A stretch of 64,000 nucleotides of DNA. It comes from the human T2T-CHM13v2.0 reference genome, Homo sapiens. The notes beneath the pieces are model-generated. The model did no database searches, was not told the DNA's origin, and was given only the letters and a program-made list of their open reading frames with translations. The position numbers and the translations under genes were made by a program. The stretch is from NCBI RefSeq assembly GCF_009914755.1, contig NC_060928.1. One strand, written 5' to 3'. Positions 1 through 13,169 of the stretch are shown piece by piece. Within the stretch, counting starts at the first letter, position 1. Each line of letters opens with the position of its first letter.

Positions 1-3000
1 GTATTTGCAGGTCTAGATCTCTAACAAGGCCAAGAAAGTTTTCCTCAATTATTCCCTCACATAAGTTTTTCAAACTTTTATACTTCTGTTCTCCATCCAG
101 AGCACGATTTATTCTTAGGTTTGACCATTTTACATAATCCCATATTTCTTGGAGACTTTGTTCATTAAAGAAAAATTGTTTTTGTCTTTGTCTGATTGGG
201 TTAATTTGAAAGCCTTGTCTTTGAGCTCTGAAATTCATTCTTCTATTTGTTCTAGTCTATTGTTGAAACTTTCCACTGCATTTTGTATTTCCATGGCATG
301 TCTTTCATTTCGAGAAGTTCTGATTTTTTTAATGATATCTATTTCTCTAGAAAAATTTTCATCCATATTCTGGATTATTTTTGAAATTTCTTTAAGTTGC
401 TTTTCACCTTCTCTGGTATCTCCTTGACTAGCTGAATAGTCAACCTTCTGAATTCTTTATCTGGCATTTCAGAGATTTCTTGGTTTGGATCCATTGCTGG
501 GAGCTAATGTGATCTTTTGGGGGTGTTATAGAACCTTGTTTTGTCATATTACCAGAATTACTTTCCTAGTTCCTTCTCATTTGGGTAGACTATTTCTTTA
601 AATTGTTCTTGAATTTATTTTTGATGGGACTGAGGTTTTTTTTTTTTATTTTTTCCCTCTTAAGGATCTGACTTTAATGTTTATATTTTATTTTAGCCTA
701 ATTTAATTCTTGGTGCTTTTAGGGTGAAGACTTTGTATGAGTTCCTTAGTTATAGAGAGACGTTGTGTGTTGGTTTTTCCAAATGTTGTTTGTAGTAGTT
801 ATGTACTTGTTGTGTGGGCAAGTTCACTGTCTCCTATGGAGTTGGAATGGCAGGGATCTCTTGAAGTTTATCTCATTCTCTTGTGATGTATACTTTATTT
901 ATTTAACTTTACTCCAGTATTTTATTTACTGAGTTGATGATTCAGGCTTCAGTCCAATAGGAGAGGTAGCCCTTGGTAGTCACTGGTTGTAGCTAAGGCA
1001 GGTGGGTACATGTAATCCTCAGTGGTGGGCAGGGATCCCAGCCTTGATGAAGGTGGCTAAGGGAGTTCTCAATTAGATGTCCTGAGGTTGTACCAGGATG
1101 AAGGGTGTGAGCTACCTCAGTTCCCCTGCCAGGCCAACAGAAAAGTTATCCACCTCATAGCCTCACTCCTGTACCAGTGTTCTGGCTATTCAGATCATAC
1201 GGGCACCTCTTTTCATGTGTAGGAATGTTGACGCTCCAAGTAGCGGGGAATTGTGACCTTGCCTCTTATGCAGGCCTGAATATGGAGAGTACTCCCCCTG
1301 TTGGGCTGCAATCACCATGAATGGTTCCAGGAAGGCTGTCTATAGACGCATATACACTGCATTCTTGTGATAGAAACTCCAGTTGTGTCCGCAGTGATGT
1401 ACCAGGGTTGAACAAGGATCTCTTCTCCAAGACCCTTCATGATCACAGAGGCTGCCTGCCTGTTGGGGTAGAGGTGCTGACTTTCTCTATTGTGCCCAGC
1501 TCTGCACTTGGGTCACTGCTGAAAGAAACATTCCACCAGTGGAAAGATCTGGGACTCAAGCCTGCTGTTCACACTCTTTTGTTCCATGGGGTGTTCTCTT
1601 GATATGGTGTTCTCTCCCTTCCCCTAAAAATGGGACTTCTTGAGAGCTGTACTGCAGTGATTACTATTGATCTTCTGGGTCTAGCCACCCAGTAGGGCTA
1701 CCAGACTCTGGGCTGGTGATGGAGAATGTCTGCAAAGGATCCAGTGATGTGACCTTTTTTCAAGTCTCCCAGCAATGGATACCAGCACCTGCTTTGAATG
1801 GAGGTGGCAGGGGAGTGACGTAGACTGAGATTCCTTGGTTGTCAATAGGCTTAGTGTGCTGGCTTTCTTGAATGCTGGTTATACTAATAGTGAACTTGTC
1901 ATGTGGACAGACTCAGGACCCCTGGATAGCCAGGGTATTGCAGGCAGTGGTGTAAGCTGAGATCCCACAGCTGTTTTCTCCTTCCTGAGAGCAGTGATAT
2001 TCTGCTGAGAGGTATTGTGATGGCCTGAGTTGGCTGGCCTCCAGCCAGGAGGTGGCGCTTGCAAGACAGCATCAGCTGCAGTAGCAGCAGTGGGATTTGA
2101 GCTTGCTTTAAGTTGCCCAGGGGAATTATTCTGGTTTCTTAGGTGATGGACAGGGCTGTAGAGCTCCCAAAAGTTTATGTTATTTGTGTTCATCTACTAG
2201 GATGAGTGGAGAAATATCACCAGGTGAGGGCAGGGTTAGGTGGGTCTGAGCTCAGACTCCCCTTGGGTGGGGCCTGCCGCAGCCACTGTAAGAGGCATGG
2301 GGTGGTTTGCAGGCCACTAGGGTAATGATCCAGAGGTGAGTATAACTGCCTCTGCTATGCAGAAGATTTCACAAAGGGAGTGGGGAGTAGCCGGCAGCAG
2401 TAAGCCTCATCCAGCTCCTTGCAGTTGGCAAGGCCAATCTCGCTCCTGAAGTGTCCTGCTATCAGCACCAGGTTTAGGTCCACATAACGTATGCACAGAA
2501 CTCAGACCTGCCTGAGGCCATAAGCTTCCCTGCAGAAATAGCAAGCATGACTTTTGGGTCACATCCCTCCTCCTCTCGTCTGCCCTCAAGGCTGGTCAGC
2601 AGTGCTCTTCCCACTCGCCATCAAGTTCTGTTGATGGGTGTACATCCCTACTCAAAATTATATCACAAATTCAGCTGGGAGCTTCTTTTACCCTGTGACC
2701 CCTCCCTGAGCTCATTGGCTAACTTTCTTGAGGGCTCCTGTGAGATATAGTCAGGAATGGCTTTCCTTGGTTCATACTAGAGACTCAGAATACCTGCAAG
2801 GCACTTCCTGCGACTGCTTCTACTTTTATTTTCACGAGGCTCCCTAAATTTGTTCCAGCTCTTGGTAGCATTAAGGCCTTCTCCTGTGGCCTGGATTTTC
2901 AGATTCCTTAGTGGGGATATGTGCTCAAAGGTAGAATCTCCCCGTCTCATACTCTGGGAACTTTTATTTTTTTTCCTATCTCATGGAGTAGGCTGCAGCC

Positions 3001-3086
3001 TATCACTTCTTTCAAAAGGTCTGTGGATTTTTCCAGTTTTCCCAGTGGGAGAGGCATGCTAACACTGCCTCCTATCTGCTATCTTG
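1..3086 (-). mobile_element. LINE-1 (L1PB-like), ORF1 remnant plus long 5' UTR; continues left of the window
   Basis: Antisense ORF1-like sequence at about 1-600. The element ends in ...gcctcctatctgctatcttg, the reverse complement of an L1 5' terminus (CAAGATGGC-like). Confidence 0.8.
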
Positions 3087-3106
3087 AAAAAAAAAAAAAA
3101 AAAAAA
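3087..3106 (+). repeat. A20 mononucleotide run at an L1/L1 junction
   Basis: 20 consecutive A. Confidence 0.95.
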
Positions 3107-3107
3107 G

Positions 3108-6100
3108 GTGTATAGATCATTCACTTCCTTGGTTAAGTTTATTTCTAGGTATTCGATTTTTTTAATTTTTTGTAGCCATTGTAAATAGGATCCCTTTTTG
3201 ATTTCCATTTTAGCTAATTCATTATTGGTGTATAGAAATGCTGGTGATTTTTAAATGTTGTTTTTCTGTCCTGCAACTTTACTGAATTTGTTAATTTTAA
3301 AAGTTTTTTGATGAATTCTTTAGGGTTTTTAATATATAAAGTTTTATCATCTGCAAACTGGGACAATTTGACTTCCTCCTTTCCAATTTGGATGCCTTTT
3401 ATTTATCTGGCCTAATTGTCCTGGGTAAGATTTCCAGTACTATGTTGAATAGAAGTCATGGATAGGCATCCTTGTCTTGTCTTTAATCTTAGAAGAAAAG
3501 CTTTCAGCAATTCCCCCTTCAGTATGATGTTAGCTGTTGTTTTGTCATATATGACCTACTGAGATACATTCCTTCTATGTCTAATTTTTTGAGAGTTCTT
3601 CACATGAAGGAATGTTGAAGTTTTTCAAATGCTTTTCTGCATATTATCATCTGGATTTTGTTTTTCTTCCTGTTAATGTGTTGTACCATATTTATTGATT
3701 AGCTTGTTATACCATGCTTACCATGCTTGCATCTCTGGGATGAATCCCACTTAATCATACTAAATGATTTTTTTAATATGCTGTTGGATTCAGTTTGCTA
3801 CTGTCTTGTTAAGAATCTTGTGTCTATATTCCTCATCAATATTGACCTATAGTTTTATGTTTTTGTTGTATCCTTGTCTGGTTTTGGAATCGGATTAATG
3901 CAGGCATTATAAAATAAGTTTAAAAGTATTCTCCCATCTTCAATTTTCTTCAGTAGTTTGAGGAGAATTGGTGTTAGTACTTTATATATTTGGTGGAATT
4001 CAGCAGTGAAGCTTTCAGGTCCTGGTCTTTTCTTTGATGATGGAAGACTTATTAGTGATAATAATAAATAATAATTTATATTAATTGTTATTAATTTCTT
4101 TACTCATTATCAGTCTGTTCAGATTTTCTATTTCTTGGTGGATTTTCTATTTTAATTTTGATAGGTCATATGTGTCCAGAAATTTATTCATTTCTTCCAT
4201 GTCATCAATTATTTTGGTGTATACTTATTCATAATAGTCTCTCATGATCCTTTGTATTTTTGTAGTATCAGTTGTTATGTCTCATTTTTCATCTCTTATT
4301 TTATTTATTTGAATCTCTCACTTGTTTTTTACCATAGGTAAAGGTTTGTTGATTTTTATCTTTTTAAAAAGCCAAATCTTTGTTTTGGTTTTTATATGAA
4401 TTCATTTTTTTGTCTGTATTTTATTTGTTTATGTTTTGAATTGTATTATTTCTGTCCTTCCTTCTACCAATTTTGGGTTTAGTTTGTTCTTATTATTTTT
4501 AGTTCCTTGAGGTGAATCATTGGATTGTCTACTAGAAATCTTTCTTCTTTTTTGGTGTAGGCATTTACTATTTTAAACTTCCCTCTCAGAGTTTCTTTCA
4601 CTATGTCGCATAGGTTTTGATATGATGTGTTTCCATTCTTGTTTGTCTGAGGGAAATTTTTTTTCACTTTTACTTCCCTCATTGACCCATTGGTTATTTA
4701 AGAAAAAGTTGTTTAATTTCTATGTATTTTTAAATTTTCTGAAGTTTTTATTTTAGTATTGATTTCTAGTTTTATTGCATTATGGTTAGGAAAGATACTT
4801 GATATGATCTCTATCTTCTTAAAAATTTTAAGACTTGTTTTGTGGCCTAACATGTGATCTATCCTAAAAAATGTTCCATATGCAGGTGAGAAGAATGTGT
4901 ACTCTGTCGGATGCAGTGTTCTATAAATGTCTGTTAGGGCCATTTGGTCTATGGTATAATTTAAGTCCAATGTTTCTTTGTTGATTTTTTGTCTAGATGA
5001 TCTGTTCATTGTTGAAAGTGGTATATTGAAGCCCTCTACTATTATTGTATTGCCCTCTGTTTCTCCTGTTAGGTCTAATAATATTTGCTTTAGATATCTG
5101 GGTGCTCTGGTGTTGGGTGCATAAATATTTATAATTGTTACATCCTCTTATTGATTTCTTTATTTTTATATAATGACCTTCTTTACCTCTTTTTACAGTT
5201 TTTGACTTGATGCCTATTTTATCTGATATAAGTATGGCTATTTCTGCTTGCTTTTTGTTTCTGTTTGCATGGAATATCTTCTTCTATCCCTCCACTTTCA
5301 GTCTGTGTTATGCTTGTTGGCAGCATATAGTTGGTTCCTTTTAAAAATTCATTCAGCCACTCTCTATCTTTTAACTGGAGAATTTAGTCCACTTATATTC
5401 AAGGTTATTATTGATAGATAATAACTTACTCCTAACATTAAAAAAATTACTTTCTGGTTATGGTTATTTCGTAAATGTTTTGTTCCTTTCTTCCTCTTTT
5501 ATTGTTTATCTCTGTGGTTTGGTGGTTTTATGTGTTACTAAGCTTGGTTTCTTTTCTCCTTCTTGTTTGTATATGTGTTATATCTTTCTTTGTGGTTATT
5601 ATAAGGATAAAGGGTACTGATGGTTTATTTAAATCTGATAGCAACTTAATTTTGGTCACATAAAAATACTCCAGATGTTTTCTCTTTTCTTTACTATTTA
5701 TATATTTGTTTCCTTAATTTACTTCTTTACCCATTATGTAGCTGTTGTAATTTTTGACCGTTTTGATTTAAACCTTCATACTAGAGGATTAAAAGATTTG
5801 CATAACATTACAGCGCTAGGATATTCTGAGTTTGATTTATGAATTTACCTATACTGGTGAGCTTTATATTTTCACACGTTTTTATTATAGTAATAATGAG
5901 CCTTTCATTTCCAATTGTACCACTCCTTTAAGCATTTCTTGTAAGATCAGTTAAGTGGTGATGAATCCCGTCAGTGTTTGTTTGTCTGGGAATGTCTTCA
6001 TTTCTCCTTCATTTTTGAAGGATAGCTTTGCTGAATATAGTGTTCTTGGCTGATTTTTTTTTTTTAATTTTCAGCACTTTGAATATGTCATGCCATTCTC

Positions 6101-8215
6101 TCCTAGTCTGCTGAAAAATCTGATAGTCTAATAGAGATCCTTTTGTATGTGAGTTAATACATTTGTCTTGCAGCTTTTAGAATTCTTTGTCTTTGACTGC
6201 TGACAGTTTGATAATCATGTGCCTCAGAAAGGATCTTTTGGGGTTCAATTTAATTAGGGACTTTTCAGCTTCCTGAATCTAGATGTTTGTATCTCTGAAT
6301 ACTTGGGAAGCCTAAAGCTATTATTTCTTAAATACATTTCCTATGCCTTTAGAAAAATTTCTTCTTCCTCTGGCATTCCTATAATGTGAATATTTGTTTG
6401 CCTAATTGTATCCCATGTATTCTGTAGGCTTTCTTCATTCTCTTTTGTTCTTATTTCTGTGTTTTTCCTCTGACTGGGTTATTTCAAACGCCTGTTTTCT
6501 AGTTCAGAAATTCCTTCATGAAAGATCTAGTCTATTGTTAAAAATTTCACTTGTATTTTTTAAATTTTCATTTATCAAATTTTTCAGCTCCCAGATTTCT
6601 GTTTGGTTCTTTTAAAATTATATTTATATATTATGCATTTCTCATTCCAATTATTGATTGTTTGTCTGTGTTCTATTGTGTCTCACTGAGCTTTTTAAAG
6701 ATCATAATTTTTAATTATTTTTTAGGCATTTCATAAGTATCATTTTACTTGGGGTCTTCTACTAGGATTTATTGTGTTCCTTTGGGGGTATCATGTTTTC
6801 TTGCTTTTATTATATTTCCTTTGTCTCTGCATTGATACTTGTTCATATAGTAGAATAGTTTTTGTTTCCAATTTTATGGAGTAGCTTTTTCAGGGAGAGA
6901 CATTTCCTGTAGATAAGTCCTAGGGTATAAGTTCAGCATGGTGAATGGCTTTGATTCTGGGTGGACTCAGTAGCACGGTATCTGTGCAGTTTCTTTGGCT
7001 GTAATACTCATCAGTGGTGTCTGTGATTGACTCAGTGGTCTACGCTGTGAGAGCTTTTGAGGTAGTGGCATAGTTTTCTTGGGGTGGGAGCACTGGGTTG
7101 GTTTTCAGGTTGGGCATGTGGGGGCACAGAGAGCTGACAAGCTGTCTGGCTACCTCTCCAGAGAGTCAGTGGCTACTGCTGTGCTGGCTGTTGGGCCAGG
7201 CTTGAGCTTACAGAGATGCTGCCAGCAAGGTGGCTGTGTGGCTTTCTTTTCAGTGAGGCAGGGCAGCCACCAAACTAGATGAGCACAGCAATGCCAAGCA
7301 TCCCTGTGGCAGTCTGTTGGAGAGGCAGAGCTGCTGCAGGACTGGATGTCGGGCTGCATGTGAATGTTTGTGGGTGCAGCAAGGCCATGCAGCTCTGCAG
7401 TGGCCTTTCATGGGAGTAGGTTGCCACATGACCACTTGCCAGGCTGGGTGCAGGCACATACATGCTCAGAGTGCTTGCTGGCTGTGAAGCACAGGTATGT
7501 GTTGGTAACATGGCTAGTGGCTGTTTGGAAGCTTCCCTGCTGTGCATATCTGCCTGTTCCCTGAGATAGTGGTGTGCCATGTGAGTTTGGACACTGGGGT
7601 CTTGGTCATTATGACATGCCTATGCTCTAGGTAGCTGAGTTTGTGGTGGTGCAAGCATTCATGTGAACATAGTGGAATGAGAGCAGGGCCTCAGGGATGG
7701 AGACAGTCAGTTGCTATTGGCTCCTACTAGTGGGTCTGGTTTTAAGAAGCCATTGAGCTCTATCATCTTAGGCCTTAAGGGTGGGAGGTGTTCAAGGTGG
7801 GCTCCTACTGTGAGGCAGTGCAGCTGTACAAACTTCTGGCTAATCTCCAAACTGGATTCAAAACCTATAAGGACCAGGAGACTCTCCTGCAGCAAGGATT
7901 TCTGGCATGTGTGGTAATAATTGGGACTGCTGGGGATTTAGAGCTTACCTTTACCCCATAAGAAGAAGTCTCCCTGACTCTGAGCTAATTCTGGTGAAGA
8001 TGACATTGTGGCAGAAGTGGATTACTTGCTCTCCTCTCTATGGTGCTATTCTCGCCTTCTGTGCTTCACAGGGATGTTGCCACTGCCAGGGTGCTCTCCA
8101 GCATACTTCCTCAGTCACTCCAGTCAAATTATAGATGTTTATTCACTGTTTTGATCCCTTTTAGTTGGGGGAACAAGCACCAGGTAACTATAGTCAGTCA
8201 TCTTTCTAACTTCAC
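3108..8215 (-). mobile_element. Older LINE-1 (L1MA/L1M2-like): ORF2 5' half, ORF1 and 5' UTR, decayed
   Basis: Minus-strand ORFs 4713..5009 (RSSRQKINKETLDLNYTIDQMALTDIYRTLHP, ORF2 endonuclease region) and 4479..4682; 5' end motif gtcagtcatctttctaacttcac. Confidence 0.85.
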
Positions 8216-8349
8216 TTGGACAGGTATTTTAATTATGTGCAATTTCCAGATTGACTTCCTCTTTTATTCAGGATTACTTTAAATGATAATTTTATGTTTA
8301 TAAGTGGATGGGATTTTTTATTTGCTATTCTTTTATTATTAATTTGTAA

Positions 8350-8470
8350 TTCAATATTATTCAATATTGAAAATTTTCAATATTATTCAATATTGAAAAT
8401 TTTCAATATTGAAAAATTTCAATATTATTGAAATTTTCAGAATTCAATATTCAATTTAATAGTTCAATAC
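8350..8470. repeat. AT-rich quasi-palindromic repeat built from TTCAATATT/AATATTGAA units
   Basis: Contains a perfect 28-bp palindrome at 8386-8413. Confidence 0.9.
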
Positions 8471-8730
8471 TATTAATTTTTTGGTTTTGTGATCATATAA
8501 TGTAACAAGTATGAATTCAGATTTGTGTAATGTTTGAGACTTTATTTTAGATCTAGGACATAAACACTTTAGGTCTAGGTCATAGATGACCTTTTACAAA
8601 TATTCTGTATGTTTATTTTTAATGCGCTATCACTGTGGTGTAGGATGTCATGTATCTAATCTGTTTAATCAAATGTACATATATACTACATAAAAAGGTT
8701 GTTCATTGTGTTTTTAAAATTTGCCCTAGG

Positions 8731-8922
8731 CATTGGTTTGCTGGAGCCAGCTCTAATTGGCTCATTAGGGCCAATGGTTAAATAGTTAGGAATTTTATGA
8801 GCCAGCTTTTAAGCCATTGGTATTTTGAAGTCAGTATAGTGAGGTTTTTATACAACAAAAATTGGGAAATGCTACAAAACAACGATTTTTTTTTTGAGAG
8901 CTAGTTTACTGGCATATCAATG
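8731..8922 (+). mobile_element. hAT DNA transposon fossil, MER63-like
   Basis: Ends CATTGGTTTGCTGGAGCC... and ...TTTACTGGCATATCAATG are degenerate CAGTGGTGTGCTGG terminal inverted repeats. Confidence 0.65.
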
Positions 8923-9079
8923 CTAGCCTTACTGATTTCTGTATATGTTTAAATTTCTAAAAACTATGTTAAAATATTTGATAACTTATTTTTCATATTC
9001 ATTTTTCTCTATATAATTTGAAGCTATACTGTTAGGTACATAAACATTCATAACTATTATATCTTCTGAGAGGGTTTTA

Positions 9080-9631
9080 TTTATTTATTTTCTCAACTTT
9101 TATTTTAGGTTCAGGGTGTATATGTGCAGGTTGGTTACATGGGTGAATTGTGTGTTGCTGAGGTTTGGTGTATGAATGATGCCATCACCCAGGTAGTGAG
9201 CACAGTAATCAATGAGTAGTTTTTCAACCCTTGTTCTCCTCCCACCCTCCCCCCACACTAACTCAGTGTCCAGTTTCTATTTACCCCAACTTATAAGTGA
9301 GAAGATGCAGTATTTGATTTTCAACAGAAAATCACTAAAAATCATTATTTTGCCTATGATAATGGCTTCCAGCTGCATCCAAGCTGCTGCAAAGGATATG
9401 ATTTCCTTCTTTTTATGACTGCATAGTATTCCAAGGTGTATATATACCACATTTTAAAAAATTCAGTCTACTGTTAATGTGGAATTACTGCAGGGCCTCA
9501 GCAATGGAGACAGTTATTGGCCCCTGGGGCAGGATACCCTCTATTAGTGGGTCTGGTATCAAGAAACCATTGAGCTGTATAATCTTAGGTCTTAGGGGTG
9601 GGAGGTGTTCAAGAGCCAGTGTTAATGGACA
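9080..9631 (-). mobile_element. 5'-truncated L1PB/old L1PA 3'-end insertion carrying an internal 140-bp foreign insert
   Basis: T-rich tail and L1 3' UTR motifs. Target-site duplication ttctgagagggtttta (9064-9079) / ttctcagagagtttta (9632-9647), 14 of 16 identical. Confidence 0.8.
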
Positions 9632-10279
9632 TTCTCAGAGAGTTTTAACTTTTATCCATGTGCATTATCCATTATATTGTTTAGTACTTCTCACTTGAGT
9701 TCTACTTTTTCTCTATTCTTGTTACTACAGTCATATTTACTTGGCATATCTTTTTTTTGTAATTTTTAAGCATTTCGTATCATTTTATTTTTGTTTCATT
9801 TCTTATAAACTCATTTTAAAATTTATCTCTGTGTCTACTTTTTAACTAATGTTAGTATCCATCTCTTAGTAAGGAAATATAGTTTATTTACATCTTTGCT
9901 TGCATGAGTGAATGATTACTGGTATGTTTAGACTTACTACTGCCACATTGTTTTTTCTGTATATTTTTACTGCACTTTCTTTTTTTTCTTCTCTCTTTCT
10001 GCCTGTCCCCACTACCTCTACTACTATTACAACCTTCTGTTAGATTCTTTGAGTTTTGTTTGTTCATTTTATTTTATTTTGGTTTGGAAATTATACATGT
10101 CTGGCTTGGGTTTTTTTTTCATAGTTAAATTTTCTCTTGACTTTTTGCAATTAATTAGCATAAGTGTATTTCAAATTATCACAAATAAAATAATCATCAG
10201 AGTATGAGTTTACTTCCTCCTCTTCCTTTTCCTACACCATTTCCCCCAGGGAGAGTATCCATGATTTTCCTTGCACATT

Positions 10280-10510
10280 GCTACTTGTAAAAGTACATGG
10301 CTAAATCACTAGTTTCCTAGCATTGCGACTGATGATACAGTGACTGAAAAGGAGGATGAGATAATTTTTTATAATTACAAATATTTTCTATATCATGGTT
10401 GTGGTAGTAATTTCATGAGTGTATAGTGTCATCAGAACTGTATACTGTATGCTTAAAACAAGTGTATATTTTATTATCTTAAAATTGTATCTCAATAAAG
10501 TTTATTTAAA
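10280..10510 (+). mobile_element. Ancient L1 (L1MC/L1ME-type) 3' end fragment
   Basis: Ends ...aaattgtatctcaataaagtttatttaaa, typical of old L1 3' ends. Confidence 0.5.
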
Positions 10511-11888
10511 AGTATGGTACAGAATGTCAGACAGAGCAAGAAATAATTAGCAGGATGTAGAGAAAGCCCATTGCAAGTTACATCTTATGAAATTATACTG
10601 GCATGGTTTTTCCAGAAATACTTAGCAGTTTGGAACTTGAAATTGGCGAGATGAATGTAGCAGAAAGATGAAATGTGGGGTAAAATTAGTGTGCTATTTA
10701 GGATAGTATTTATTACAGTGACTGGCTGGGCCACCTTCTGGTTAGGGAAGCTAGTGCAGCTAAGATGCTGATAGTTGTGAGAATAAGGACAATCTATTTA
10801 TAATATAAACAAATTAAAAATCAAATCCAGTAATTATGTCATATGTGCTTTTTATATGCTTAGCATGCTTATAGGTGTTGTAGGTACAGTAACTAGTAAG
10901 ATACACAAGGTTTCTGACCACAAGAATTTCACATTTTTGCAAAATGAATGATGTCAAAAATGTACTTTAATGAATTGCCATTAGTTATTTAGACTCAAAT
11001 ATAAATGTTACTAATTCTGCATACTTATATCCCACATCTTTTTTGAATAACTTTTTAATTTATCTGGAATGCATTTTTTACTTAATTATTTCATAGACAT
11101 TCTGTGGGTCTTATATTTTCTAAGATGTGCTATGAAAGAATGTTTTTGCCCTCCTTTTCAAATACTAATAGCTTTCTAGGTTCAAACTCATTCTCACTTA
11201 GAACCTTGAAGATGAATTCTCTTGTCTTGTAAGTACCATGATCAGATTCATTCTGATTTTTGTCCTTAAATAGCTTTCTATTAGCATGTGTTTCATTATC
11301 CTGGAATTAGGAAATTCAATTTAAAATTGCTGTGTTTTTCAATTATCCCTTTTATGCCCTGTCAATGTGAAAGCTTGTGTTCTACTTCAGCTCTGTAAAC
11401 TTTTCTTTTATGACTGTTTTGATTGTTTCATTCTGTCTGTTGTCTCTTTGCTGTCTGTTTATGGAACTCCTTTTGGATACTATGTTGGAATTTCTAGACC
11501 TATCTATCTGATAATTTCCAACTTTTTCTTCTTCTGTACTATGGTTTGGGATAATTTCTTCACCTTAGTGAGTGTTTGAATGAAGTGCTTTTGAAAACTG
11601 ACTAGAGGAACAGATATCATTGATTGTTTCCGGACAGTAGGTTAAATATATTTTTGCTGCCCTGAGGAAGCTGTCCATTGTTCCTGCCCTGGAGAATTAT
11701 ACTAGCTGGGATTTTTCAAAAACATTTATACCAAACATTTTCAAAAACATTTGCACCAAGTGACAATAGCCCATGAACATAGTGCTACAGAAAACTATGA
11801 TCAGAGAGTGGTAAGAGATCTACCATATATCCCCTCCAGCTACATAAATGAATATCCCTTGTTTACCTTAAACAATAAGCTACCTGAG

Positions 11889-12013
11889 GTGTTTCTATAT
11901 TTATTTTATATATTTCTATAAATAAATATATTGTTTAAATATATATTAAATATTGTTTAAATATATATTTCTATATATAAATATATTGTTTAAATATAGT
12001 GTTTCTATATTTA
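11889..12013. repeat. AT-rich low-complexity tandem repeat (aaatatattgtttaaatata-like units)
   Basis: Three copies of tattgtttaaatata, bounded on both sides by gtgtttctatattta. Confidence 0.85.
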
Positions 12014-12609
12014 CCCACTATCTGTTTAATTAATGCTTTTTATAGTGATTGAAACTAAGATGTCCAAATCTTACTGCTACCTCTGTCCCTGGCAGCTCAA
12101 AAAATATTTATATAGATTATTGTTTGCTTTGGAAACATTTCAATATAATTAACCAATTTGTCTTATTTTAAGCATTCCAAAGAACTTAAAGGTGTTTCAT
12201 TAAAAAAGATACATATATTTATATACCTTTGTATGAAGTAGTTACCTAATCATTTTTTTTTGTTTTGATAAGCTGAAATTTATAGGCCTTATAAACATAT
12301 TGTGTAGCCTTATAAGAGAATTAATACCAACCTCAGGTCTTATATTTGTATGAATGAATTTTTAAAAATCATTATAGTAACCCAAGTTATTATAGTTTGT
12401 ATTGGGGCTTATTTAGCCTTGATATTGAATACAGATTAAGTTTGAGGACATTTCTTATTTGAAAATCTCATATTGGTGTCAATTTAAAACAGTTTGAAAG
12501 CAATTGCTGAAAATGTCTTAGTGCGATTAATGATAGGAAGATTGGAGATGTTTAAAGATATCACTTTCTCAGCTGTACTTAAATTAGGACTGAAGAGATC
12601 TGTAGCGGT

Positions 12610-12870
12610 CAAAAGCTGGCAAACCAACTGTTTATTTATCAAAACCGACTAGTTATTTATCAAAGCAGGTGGTTGGTGATTCAAATCCATCAACCACCTG
12701 TTTTTATAAATAAAGTTGTATTGGAACACAGCCATACCCATTTGTTTATGTGTTGTCTATAGCTGCTCTTACACTACAGTGGATGAGTTAATCACTGGCA
12801 ACAAAGTCTACAAGACTTGCAAAGCATAAAACATTATCTGGCCCTCTACACAAAGTGTTAACCAGTTGCT
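12610..12870 (+). mobile_element. MER58A-like hAT-Charlie DNA transposon
   Basis: cctgtttttataaataaagttgtattggaacacagccatacccatttgtttatgtgttgtctat...tatctggccctctaca matches the recalled MER58A consensus. Confidence 0.8.
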
Positions 12871-13169
12871 GCTTTAAACAACGGTGACAGTTTTGTGGAG
12901 TCTTACTGACCACTACTTTCATACTGTTAGGAAAATGGCTCACAGTCATCTGAAAACACACTATACTTGGTTGCATATGGCCTTGCTTGGGTTCTGCCTT
13001 CTGCCTCAATGCTGTTTTTCTCCTTTCACTCATGCCTAGAATATATCCAACCTTCAAGGTATGATTCACGTAACACTACCTTTATGAAGTCCTATCATAA
13101 AGAAATGAAGTAAAATTTCCTGGACAAATCTCCCAATCGCTCCCTTACATATAGTTTGAAATCCCTTGC

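Noticed and set aside
7079-8282. Cluster of overlapping ORFs in a GC-richer segment
   Set aside because: Lies in the decayed 5' UTR of an old L1; higher GC content lowers stop frequency.
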